Below, piece by piece: positions 48,607-58,100 of a DNA stretch of 64,000 nt. Position numbers and translations under genes: made by a program. This stretch comes from Ruminiclostridium sp. (GTDB lineage: Bacteria > Bacillota > Clostridia > Oscillospirales > Ruminococcaceae): the NCBI GenBank assembly GCA_017624025.1, contig JAGANY010000038.1, forward strand, positions 1,759 through 65,758, given 5' to 3'. Every line of letters starts with the position of its first letter. Within the stretch, counting starts at the first letter, position 1. The notes beneath the pieces were generated by a model that saw only the letters and a program-made list of their open reading frames with translations, was not told where the DNA came from and ran no database searches.

Positions 48607-50055
48607 TTATTTAAGAACGTTGAGGTATTCAATATCGGGGTCTTCGGGACCTGTCATACTGCAGCCCTTTTCTTTTGCGTACTTTATATAGTTGAGAATA
48701 TCCCTTGTGATTTTTTCGCCGGGGGCAAGTATCGGTATTCCCGGGGGATAACACATTACGAATTCGCTGCAGACCCTTCCTTCGGTTTCCATAATGGGTA
48801 GGCTTACCTTATCCGCATAGAAGGATTCCTGTGGGCTTGCGATAACCTGTGGCGGAATATATTCCTGTGTGAGCATACCTGTTTTATCTCTTTGGTAACG
48901 ACGGCGTATTTCCGCTAAAGCACTTACGAGACGCTCAACCTCCTGTATGCGGTCGCCGATAGAGAGGTAAGCTAAGATATTGCCGATATCGCCGAACTCT
49001 ATCTGTATATCGTAGTCATCTCGTAAAAGGTCATATACTTCGATACCTGCAAGACCTATATCGAGAGTATGGATACTAAGCTTAAGGGGGTCGAAATCGA
49101 AGATTGAATCCCCGTTTATCATTTCACGGCTGAATGCGTAGTAACCGCCGATAGCGTTTATTTCCGCACGTGCATATTCCGCTATATTTCTTACGTGTGT
49201 GAATATTTCTTCGCCTCTTAAAGCGAGATTTCTTCTTGAAATGTCAAGACTGCTCATAAGCAGATAGCTTCCCGAAGTAGTTTGCGTAAGGTTGATTATC
49301 TGACGGATATAGCCTGCATTTACATTAGGTCCTGCAAGAAGGAAGCTGGACTGTGTAAGGCTTCCGCCACTCTTGTGCATAGAAACCGAAGCCATATCGG
49401 CACCTGCAGCCATAGCGGAAACGGGAAGGTCCTTTCCAAAATAGAAATGTGTTCCGTGAGCTTCATCAGCAAGGCAGAGCATACCGTGAGCGTGAGCCAT
49501 TTTTACGATTTCCTTTAAATCAGAGCATACGCCGTAGTATGTGGGATTGTTTACAAGGATAGCCACAGCGTCGGGATGCTCATTTATAGCCTTTTCAACC
49601 TGCTCTCGTTTCATACCGAGAGAAATACCGAGTCTATGGTCAACCTCGGGGTTTACATAAACAGGAATCGCACCGCAAAGGATAAGGGCGTTGATGACGC
49701 TTCTATGGACATTTCGGGGAAGAATGATCTTATCGCCTCTTTTGCAGGCTGTGAGTACCATGCTCTGAACTGAGCTTGTCGTACCGCCCACCATAAGAAA
49801 AGCCTCTGCCGCACCGAAGGCTTCTGCCGCAAGCTGTTCAGCTTCACGTATTACGGAAACAGGATGACAGAGGTTGTCGAGAGGTTTCATACTGTTTACA
49901 TCGATAGAAACACACTGCTGTCCTAAGAATTCCGTAAGCTCGGGATTTCCTCTTCCTCTTTTATGACCGGGCACGTCAAAGGGAACAACTCGCATTTGTC
50001 TGAAGCGTTCAAGTGCTTCGTGGATAGGGGCTTTATTCTGGTTAAGTCTGTCCAT
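48607..50055 (-). CDS. speA: PLP-dependent Arg/Lys/Orn decarboxylase (probably arginine)
   Basis: DVPGHK, PRNVHRS, DEAHG, SMHKS (PLP Lys), QTTSGSY, YPPGIP; agmatinase downstream. Confidence 0.88.
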   Translation of the reverse strand: MDRLNQNKAPIHEALERFRQMRVVPFDVPGHKRGRGNPELTEFLGQQCVSIDVNSMKPLDNLCHPVSVIREAEQLAAEAFGAAEAFLMVGGTTSSVQSMVLTACKRGDKIILPRNVHRSVINALILCGAIPVYVNPEVDHRLGISLGMKREQVEKAINEHPDAVAILVNNPTYYGVCSDLKEIVKMAHAHGMLCLADEAHGTHFYFGKDLPVSAMAAGADMASVSMHKSGGSLTQSSFLLAGPNVNAGYIRQIINLTQTTSGSYLLMSSLDISRRNLALRGEEIFTHVRNIAEYARAEINAIGGYYAFSREMINGDSIFDFDPLKLSIHTLDIGLAGIEVYDLLRDDYDIQIEFGDIGNILAYLSIGDRIQEVERLVSALAEIRRRYQRDKTGMLTQEYIPPQVIASPQESFYADKVSLPIMETEGRVCSEFVMCYPPGIPILAPGEKITRDILNYIKYAKEKGCSMTGPEDPDIEYLNVLK

Positions 50056-50459
50056 AAAAATCTCCTTGAAATAAAAAAACGCAGGCTACGTGCAGACATA
50101 GCTTGCGTTATCGCTTTAGTCGAATAAAATAAAAGTGCATAATACACTTAAATTAAGGCTGTAAATAAAAAAACAGCAATCCGGCAAGGATATTATAGGC
50201 GTCAGAGTCTATATAGCAATCACTTTTACTACTCTTATTGACCGTTTCACAAGTCTGCACAAGGCATATTTCGGTTATGAAGTAACCAACTTATAAAATT
50301 TGAGCTTTTAACTCAATCAATAAGGCGGAAAACCGCCAATCGGCAGCGGACCCGGCTGTCCGTATGGCCTTGACCCGAAAGGGTGGTCCTTATAATTGCT
50401 TGGAAAGACTCTGAAAATAATCCTTCCAAAATCGCTTTAATGTAGTTTCACATTAGTAT
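50056..50459 (-). ncRNA. Structured cis-regulatory leader / attenuator of the polyamine operon (candidate ldcC-motif or new riboswitch)
   Basis: ~400-nt UTR with many helices, alternative pairings and a terminator just upstream of the RBS. Confidence 0.65.
50069..50109 (-). terminator. Attenuator terminator in the leader
   Basis: mRNA AACGCAAGCUAUG-UCUGCA-CGUAGCCUGCGUU-UUUUUAUUU. Confidence 0.8.
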
Positions 50460-50465
50460 GGTGAT

Positions 50466-50494
50466 ATTATAAAACATAATAAGAATTTTGTCAA
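50466..50494 (-). promoter_or_regulatory. Consensus sigmaA promoter of the polyamine operon
   Basis: TTGACA-17-TATAAT. Confidence 0.88.
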
Positions 50495-50605
50495 GCGTTT
50501 TTTTGAAAAATAAAAAAATATATAAATTATATAAAATACTTGATTTTTTTATAAATATATGGTAATATTTATACATATACAGTTATTCGTAAGAGGAGGG
50601 GTTTT

Positions 50606-52555
50606 ATGTTTGAAAACAGGCATGTAATCGGTTTCTGCTGTACTGCTGTACATAAGGAACCTGTAAAGCCTTTTTTTAAAGCTCTTACTGAACGTATCAA
50701 TCTGAGAAACGACTGTTTTCTTCTTGTTTACCAGTGCTTTGATGAACTTTATTATCATAATCCCGAAACCGTAGGTGCCTCCTCTGTATTTGAAGCAATA
50801 AATTACGATATGGTTGACGTTATGATTGTAATGAAAACCAGCGAAAATCAGGGCAAGTACCTTGCTGAGATATGCAATAACTGTAATGCCCGTAATGTAC
50901 CTGTTATAAGTATAGATGAAGCTTTCCCTAATACTTTTAATATTTCTTATTGTTACGGTGAAGCATTCAGCGAAATAGTAAGACATATTATAGTTGAGCA
51001 TGGCTGTAAAAGGATAAAGCATGTAGCAGGTTTGCGTGAAAACGATTTCTCCCAGACGAGAATAGACGCCTGTGCATCCGTTATGGCTGAATACGGACTT
51101 AAGCTGGAAGAAAGGGATATACTTTACGGCGAATTCTGGGACGAACCGACATACAGGGTTATGGACGAGTTTTTCCGAAGCGGTGAAGAACTTCCTGATG
51201 CTTTTGTATGTGCAAATGACTCTATGGCTATGGCTGTATGCCAGAAGCTTGCCGAAAAAGGTTATGCTGTGCCGGACGATGTTATAGTTACAGGCTTTGA
51301 TGGCGTTGAAATTGAAAAGTACCATTCACCGCGTCTTACAACAGCTGCAAGAGATTACGTTACTGTTGTTGACGGTCTTATTAAGCTTATTGACGATATA
51401 CGTTCAGACAGCACCCTTAAGCCTTATACAATACCTTTTTCCTATGTAAATATTTATTCAGAAAGCTGTGGCTGCAAGGCTCACGATTCTGTAAAAAGTT
51501 CAAAGATGCTTACCGACTATGTTCGTAATTATGCCTATGTACGTGGCTTTGAGGAAAATATGAATAAGATGGGTAATAAGATTGCGATTGACCCGTCTGT
51601 TGAAAATGCACGGGAAACTATGAGGCGTTTTGCTTTCGGCGGAACGATTGTATGCATTAATGAACAGTATAATACCTATACCTCGGCATCTTCCAATGCT
51701 TCGGAGGAGGAGCTTAAGATTTTATCCGCAACTCCTACCGATGATATGTTCGTATTCCTTGAATGTGTTGAACGTGCCGAAGGAGGGATTGAAGGCAGAT
51801 ACTTCAAGCGTTCCGAGATAATTCCCGATCTTAAAGACCGTATCCCCGGAAACAATATTCTTCTTATTATTCCGCTCTATTCCGGCCGTTTTGTCATTGG
51901 CTATTTTACCACATATTATGTAGGTTTCGAAACATTTTTCGAGCAGCTTTATATGTTCAATAGTATGGCGAACCGATGTCTTGAAGTTGTTCATACTCAC
52001 GAACAGATGCGGTTTCTTAACAGAAAGATGGAGTATATGTTTACCCACGACCATCTTACTGCTATATACAACCGATACGGCTTCTATAAGAATTTCAAGG
52101 CTGATTTTGCAGGCGTTGAACGTGAAGATATATTTATAGCTTCTGTTGACCTTAATGATATGAAGTATATAAACGATACCTTCGGACATTCAGAGGGTGA
52201 CGAAGCCTTAAGAATGACAGCGAAAGCTCTTACTCTTGCTGCTAAGGAAACTGATGAAAATATAATCTGTTCCCGTTTCGGCGGTGATGAGTTCGTTGTA
52301 GCTATGCTCTGTAACGGCGATGCAAAAGAAAAATCAGAACAGTTCCATAATAATTTTGATACTGTTCTTGAAGAAATAAACAGTACTTCGGGGAAAAAAT
52401 ATAAGGTTTCAGCAAGTATTGGTTTAAGCTGTGCTTCGGTTTCGGAAATTGAAAGCATAGATGAGCTTATCGATCTTGCAGACGTTATGATGTATAATGA
52501 TAAGGCTCGTCATAAAAGACGTCCGAAAAACTATAAACCTGTTACAGATGAATAA
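50606..52555 (+). CDS. LacI-type sugar-binding domain + GGDEF diguanylate cyclase
   Basis: PDAFVCANDSMA, VIVTGFDG, PRLTT, SESCGC; DLNDMKYINDTFGH, RFGGDEF. Confidence 0.88.
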   Translation: MFENRHVIGFCCTAVHKEPVKPFFKALTERINLRNDCFLLVYQCFDELYYHNPETVGASSVFEAINYDMVDVMIVMKTSENQGKYLAEICNNCNARNVPVISIDEAFPNTFNISYCYGEAFSEIVRHIIVEHGCKRIKHVAGLRENDFSQTRIDACASVMAEYGLKLEERDILYGEFWDEPTYRVMDEFFRSGEELPDAFVCANDSMAMAVCQKLAEKGYAVPDDVIVTGFDGVEIEKYHSPRLTTAARDYVTVVDGLIKLIDDIRSDSTLKPYTIPFSYVNIYSESCGCKAHDSVKSSKMLTDYVRNYAYVRGFEENMNKMGNKIAIDPSVENARETMRRFAFGGTIVCINEQYNTYTSASSNASEEELKILSATPTDDMFVFLECVERAEGGIEGRYFKRSEIIPDLKDRIPGNNILLIIPLYSGRFVIGYFTTYYVGFETFFEQLYMFNSMANRCLEVVHTHEQMRFLNRKMEYMFTHDHLTAIYNRYGFYKNFKADFAGVEREDIFIASVDLNDMKYINDTFGHSEGDEALRMTAKALTLAAKETDENIICSRFGGDEFVVAMLCNGDAKEKSEQFHNNFDTVLEEINSTSGKKYKVSASIGLSCASVSEIESIDELIDLADVMMYNDKARHKRRPKNYKPVTDE

Positions 52556-52782
52556 GTGCTCTTATAAAAGTGTTTATGAGTATTACCGAAGGAAACCCTT
52601 TTGAAAAAGGGCTTTCCCTCGGGCTCCCTTCCGAAAACTTTCAGTTTAAATTTAAGACCCACAGGATAATCCTGTGGGTCTTAAATTTATATTAAAAGTC
52701 TTTGGAAGTGGGTTCGGGAGAAAGCCTTTCTTCAGAAAGGTTTCTTCCGATAAATACCTATAAACACTTTTATAAGAGCACT
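52555..52782. repeat. REPIN/MITE-like 228-bp palindromic element, copy 2
   Basis: Perfect 23-bp terminal IR AGTGCTCTTATAAAAGTGTTTAT; imperfect inner arms; perfect central hairpin. Confidence 0.88.
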
Positions 52783-53257
52783 ACATATTTACAATAATTG
52801 TGGCGAGGTTAAGGTAACTTGCGAAGGTTACCCAGAGGAGATATGGGATATTTATGATTGCGGCAAGTCTGTTTATCTTATAAAAACGATAAATCATCAC
52901 GCCTATAAGGAAAAGAAGTATAATGATTATTGCGAATGCGATTTTAAGCATTTCAAATCTGAAAAATACAATGCTCCAGGAAAAGTTGAATGCAAGCTGA
53001 AGCCGGTATATATTTAGTGCTGAATTAATCTGAGCCTTATCTGCTTCGGAAGAGCTGATGAGGTATGCCGAAAATCCCATAACAGCATAAAGAATTACCC
53101 ATACAACAGGAAAAAGCCAGGCAGGGGGAAGCAGAGGCGGTTCGTTGTATTTAATAAAAAAGTCCGAGAACCCTCCGCTGAAAAATGCCGAAGCTGCCCC
53201 GACAAGTTCGGCAGCAATAACATAAATAAGTAGATCGGTGATATTTATTTTTTTCAT
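52781..53257 (-). CDS. tspO: TspO/MBR tryptophan-rich sensory protein
   Basis: PPLLPPAWLFPVVWVILY, NFSWSIVFF, PYLLWVTFASYLN. Confidence 0.92.
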   Translation of the reverse strand: MKKINITDLLIYVIAAELVGAASAFFSGGFSDFFIKYNEPPLLPPAWLFPVVWVILYAVMGFSAYLISSSEADKAQINSALNIYRLQLAFNFSWSIVFFRFEMLKIAFAIIIILLFLIGVMIYRFYKINRLAAIINIPYLLWVTFASYLNLATIIVNM

Positions 53258-53323
53258 ATTCGCCTCCATTGGTTGTACTGGTTAATATTATGCTTTATAT
53301 AAGCCTTATATGCTAAATAATAC

Positions 53324-53352
53324 TTGAAATAAGAGAGAAAAAGTGGTATAAT
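53324..53352 (+). promoter_or_regulatory. sigmaA promoter heading the 53383-63746 gene string
   Basis: TTGAAA-17-TGgTATAAT. Confidence 0.75.
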
Positions 53353-53382
53353 GAAAAGAATAACAGGAAAGGCGGCGGTATT

Positions 53383-55086
53383 ATGAAAATTTGTGTTCTC
53401 GATTTCAATAAAAAAGCTAAGCTATTGGAAGAAAAACTGTTAGATGGAAAAAGCTTTGAGGCTTTAGAAGAAGAAATATCCGTAAACCTTTGTGAAAACG
53501 GACTTTATGCGGCATTTATTTCCGTCTGTGACACCTTTACCCGTGCAAGGGTGCTTCGTTACGCTGCATCTTCCTTGAAAGAAGCCTGGCATGGTGCTTG
53601 CAACGCCGCTATGAAATTTGTTTCATTCAATGAATATGACCCTAAGTGGGTCAAGGCGGATATACTTGTTAATTCTAAGAGAGTGCCGCTTTCTGATGTA
53701 ATAAATGAAGTAAAGACAGGTTATAACGAGTTCTATCGTCACGGATTGTCCTTCGACGACGAAATGAAAACAGCTATGATTGAAGCTGAAATGAACGGTA
53801 ACCGTGTTATTTCCTATAAAAATAAGACTATTGAAGCTGAGCAGGTTAATAAATACCTTTCTTCTGCCTGTGGCACAAAGCTGTCTGTTCTTCCCGAAAA
53901 TGTAATAGTATTTGATTGTAAAAGTGCTTTCTGTGATGAAGAAAATAATGTTTTCGAACTTTACGGCGAAGGATATAATTGCGGAAGACGTATAACCGGT
54001 GAATTTAATAAAGAAAAAGCTCTCGAGGTAATAACAACCTCTTCTGAATACCTTTCTATGCAGCTTGATTTTTCGGGACAGTTTGAATATGGTATATATC
54101 CCGTATTCCATAATGTAATACCCGGCTATAATATCCTCCGTCATACAAGCTCTATATGGAGCCTTGTATGTGCATACAGAATAACAAAGGATAAATTTAT
54201 TTTAAGACAGATAGAATGTGCCCTCGGATATACAATAAAATACTCTTTCTATAAATATAAGAAGCCGAAAGAGGAAGAAAACACCGCATATATTCTTGAC
54301 CTTAACCAAAGAGAAGTAAAGCTTGGCGGTAACGCCGTAGCAATTATTATGCTCACCGAGTATATGGACGTTACAGGAACGGATAAGTATAAGAAGCTCT
54401 GCTGTGAGCTTGGTAACGGTATTCTCGAATTGCTTGACTCTGAAACAGGGGAGTTTACCCACGTTCTTGATGTTCCGAAGCTTAACGTTAAGGAAAAAAT
54501 GAGAACAGTATATTATGACGGCGAAGCAGTTTTCGCTCTCGCTCGTCTTTACGGTATTACGAAGGAAGAACGCTGGCTTAATGCCGCAAAAACAGCGGTT
54601 GATCGTTTTATCCGTGAGGATTATACAAAGCATCGTGACCATTGGGTGGCATATTCCGTGAACGAGCTTACAAAGTATGTCAATGACGAGCGTTACTTTG
54701 AGTTCGGTCTTAAAAATGCACAGAATAATCTTGAAAAGATTTACGACCAGAAAACTACATACCATACATATCTCGAGCTTCTTTGCGTTACCTTTGAGCT
54801 TTATGACCGCATAAAGGAAAATGATATAAAGGTAGGATATCTTGAAGAATTTGATGTAAAGGCTTTTGTGGATACTATTTTCCACAGAGCGGATTATATG
54901 CTTAACGGATACTGTTATCCGGAATATGTAATGTATCTTAAATATCCCGAAAAGTCTCTCGGTGCATTCTTTGTCCGCCACGACGGATATAGAATAAGAA
55001 TTGACGATATCCAGCATTTCTGTGGTGCATATTATTCGTTATACAGAAATTATGAAAAGCTCGATAATATAAGAAAACAATCTTAA
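53383..55086 (+). CDS. Alpha/alpha-toroid enzyme of unclear function (type often labelled poly(glycerol-phosphate) glucosyltransferase)
   Basis: YNILRH, KLGGNA, YYDGEAVFAL, DHW, RIDDIQH motifs. Confidence 0.6.
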   Translation: MKICVLDFNKKAKLLEEKLLDGKSFEALEEEISVNLCENGLYAAFISVCDTFTRARVLRYAASSLKEAWHGACNAAMKFVSFNEYDPKWVKADILVNSKRVPLSDVINEVKTGYNEFYRHGLSFDDEMKTAMIEAEMNGNRVISYKNKTIEAEQVNKYLSSACGTKLSVLPENVIVFDCKSAFCDEENNVFELYGEGYNCGRRITGEFNKEKALEVITTSSEYLSMQLDFSGQFEYGIYPVFHNVIPGYNILRHTSSIWSLVCAYRITKDKFILRQIECALGYTIKYSFYKYKKPKEEENTAYILDLNQREVKLGGNAVAIIMLTEYMDVTGTDKYKKLCCELGNGILELLDSETGEFTHVLDVPKLNVKEKMRTVYYDGEAVFALARLYGITKEERWLNAAKTAVDRFIREDYTKHRDHWVAYSVNELTKYVNDERYFEFGLKNAQNNLEKIYDQKTTYHTYLELLCVTFELYDRIKENDIKVGYLEEFDVKAFVDTIFHRADYMLNGYCYPEYVMYLKYPEKSLGAFFVRHDGYRIRIDDIQHFCGAYYSLYRNYEKLDNIRKQS

Positions 55087-55101
55087 GGAAGGCGAAGCTA
55101 T

Positions 55102-58100
55102 ATGCGTGAATTACTTTCATCACCTGCTAATATCGAAGCGGTTCCTTGCGACAGTGCCGTTATTGTAAAATGGAGTGCTGTAGAGGGAGCAGATGGTTAT
55201 ATTATGTATTTTTACAGTGCGGAAGACTCTGAAAAATGCATAAAAAGAAGGTACGCCAAGAGATTATCCAAAAAGATTCTCGGTTTTACCAACGGAATGA
55301 ATTATTCCGTAGAAGTCCGTGCGTTTTATTATAAGGATGGTGCTGAAATTATAGGCAAGGCTTCGGAAAAAGCAGATTTTTCGCCGATTTCTAATACCCT
55401 TAAGGCACAGAAGGTTATGTGCCTCTCCTTAAGCGAAACACAGCAGATTGAATGGGAATATAAGAATACCCGTCCCGAAGCGGAATTTGAATGTGACGAT
55501 GAAAGTATAGCTGTTGTTGACAGAAAAGGCGTTGTCCGGGCAGTAAGAACAGGCACTGCTCATATAACAATATATTCCGCCGGTCAGAAATTTACGGTTA
55601 CCGTTTATGTAAATCGTGAAATTACAGAAAAGCCATCCAAAGCGGTTATGCTTTTTACAGGTGACCTTATGTGTGCTGTAAAGCATCAGAGTGTTTGTGC
55701 AAAGCGTGGCTTTGATTTTAATGACAGCTTCAATGAAGTACGTGAGCTTTTTAAAGAGGCTGACCTTGTAACAGGCGTTCTTGAAACCTCCTGCTATGAC
55801 GGTGCACCTTATGAATTTGAACAGCTGAGACTTGAATCGGGGGCACCAAACTGTAATTCTCCTTCAAGCTTTATAACTGCTGCTTCAGAGGCAGGCTTTG
55901 ATGTGCTTGTAACGGCAAATAATCATAATTGCGATACAGGCGGTGCGGGAATAGTTACTACCTCTGGCAATATCAACAGATTCGGAATGGTGCCTGTGGG
56001 TACATTGAACAGCAACCCTGTTATGTGCACGGTTAAAGGCTTCCGTGTTGCAATAATTGCCCTTAATTCGATTTCTAACGGTCAGGAATACCGTACCAAC
56101 GGACTTGACGAAAACGCTCTCGGAAAATACAGCCGTGAAAGCTTGGGCGACCTTGTGGATGCAGCGAGAAACAACGGAGCTGAATTCGTTGTTGTTTATC
56201 TGCACTGGGGAGCTATGAATTCATCAGCTATCACTTCTTCACAGATAGAAGAAGCAAGATTTATTGCGGAAAGTGATGTTGACCTTATAATCGGCTCACA
56301 CCCTCACGTTCTCCAGCCTTTCCGCCAGATACGTACAAGCGACAACAGGCTTGTTCCTTGTGCATTTTCCCTCGGTAATTTCATAACCTCACAATCTGAA
56401 ATGGAAGAAAACCGTGAGAGTATAATTCTCCGTACGGAGCTCATCCGAGGCAAAGAAGAAACAAAGCTTCATATTTCATATATCCCTTGTATCTCGGTAG
56501 ATTCTTATTGCGGAGTAACGGTAAAGCTTCTGGAAAACCCTTATGATGATGCAACAGAAAAATCTGTGGCAAGGATAAAGGAAACCATAGGTAAGTCCAT
56601 AGATACAAATTCTTACAGACCGAAGGTGCTTATAAGCGGCTCGGTAATTCTTGATAAGATTTTTGCATCAAAGAGTATTGCACAGCTCGATAGGTCTGCT
56701 CTTCTTTTATCACAGCTTACAGCTTGCGGAGAATTGAACGAAGTCGATGTTCCGAATCCTTTTTTAAGACTCGATTTAACTAAGGATTTTCCGTATTATG
56801 CGAAAGAATGCGGTGCGGATTATATTGCTGTCGATTTCTATGCGGCGGCGGCAATTTCCTGCTACCGTTTAGGTAAAAATATCTACACAGGCACAAAGCG
56901 TTTTCTTAAATCCGAGTTTTATCTTGAACATAAATCGGAATTTGAGCGTATAAAGCCTCCTTTTGCGGCAGATTTCTGGAAACCTCTGGTAAAAGAATAT
57001 GCTGAAGCGGTGCTTGAAGCGTTTCCTTCCGAAAAAATAATTTTATTCAGAGAGAAGTTCTCCGACCATCTTATAAAGGGCGGTACAGAGCTTCGAAATG
57101 CTTCCGTACGCGGTTCTCTCAATAAGCAGATTGCTGAAATGGAGCAGTATTTTATAACTCTCACAAATCCGAATATTGTAAATATTTCACAGTATTATTA
57201 TAATATGGGCGGCTCTCCAAGTAATTACGAGCCTGCATATTTTATTGACGCTTGTAATGCGGCATACGATATTATATATAATAACCGCCGCTATATAGAT
57301 ACTCCCGACCTTGACTTGTGGTATGACCGTATGCTGTCCTGCTACGAAAATATGATTGCAAGAGGATACCAGAGCTGGTTCCTTGATATGAAAAAAGCGT
57401 CGGATATCATTATTGCATATACGAATAAGGCTTTTGCCGCCGAAAACAGAGAACGTCTTTTAATGCTTAAGATAAGCGGAAGCGAAAGTCTTAGCGGAGT
57501 ATCATTGTTCTTTAAAGGCGATCGTGGAGCGAAGCCGATTATCGAAGCTGCAGAGATTATAAGTGCTGTTCTTTCGGGCGATACCGCAAAGCCCTACGAC
57601 TTCTATGCACCTGTTTTTGACAATAAATATAATATCATCAAAAAGCTTATTAAGGTTGTTTCTGCTGAAACGAAAGTAAGCCTTAATGACGAAACTGTAG
57701 AAAAAGCGATGCTCCTTAAAAATCGCCCCGACCAGCTTATGGGCTTTGTTTTCCAGCTTCGTGAGCGTTCTGTGGATATATGGGGAAGCTGTGTGTCGAG
57801 AGAGGTTCTTAACCACTGTAGTAAGTCTTCAATAGGCGAATATATATTTAAGCAGTGTCCAGTTTTAGCTTATGATAATCCTGTTCCTGCAGAGATTCCT
57901 GAGGATGTGTCTCTTTTCGACGGAAACGGCTGGAGAAGACGTGCTTTAAAATCCTCTTTTGAACGTGATGGTATGGAAAAGCTTAAAGCCGATAATTCCA
58001 ACTGGATAGTAGTTGATTTCTATGATGTTATCTGTGAAATGGCAAGCTATAAGGACGGACTTTTTGAAATTGATGATTTTATTAAGAGGACAGGCTTTTA

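Noticed and set aside
50056-50459. T-box, SAM-I, lysine or cobalamin riboswitch, or a leader peptide
   Set aside because: No UGGNACC T-box, no AUC..GAG/GCAACC SAM core, no lysine or B12 consensus by eye, and no convincing uORF with an RBS.
33535-52782. CRISPR array interpretation of the palindromic repeats
   Set aside because: Only two dispersed copies, no repeat-spacer periodicity and no cas genes.
50549-55017. Long antisense ORFs (50549..51325, 54202..55017 and similar throughout)
   Set aside because: They lie opposite well-supported genes and have no RBS or recognisable motifs.
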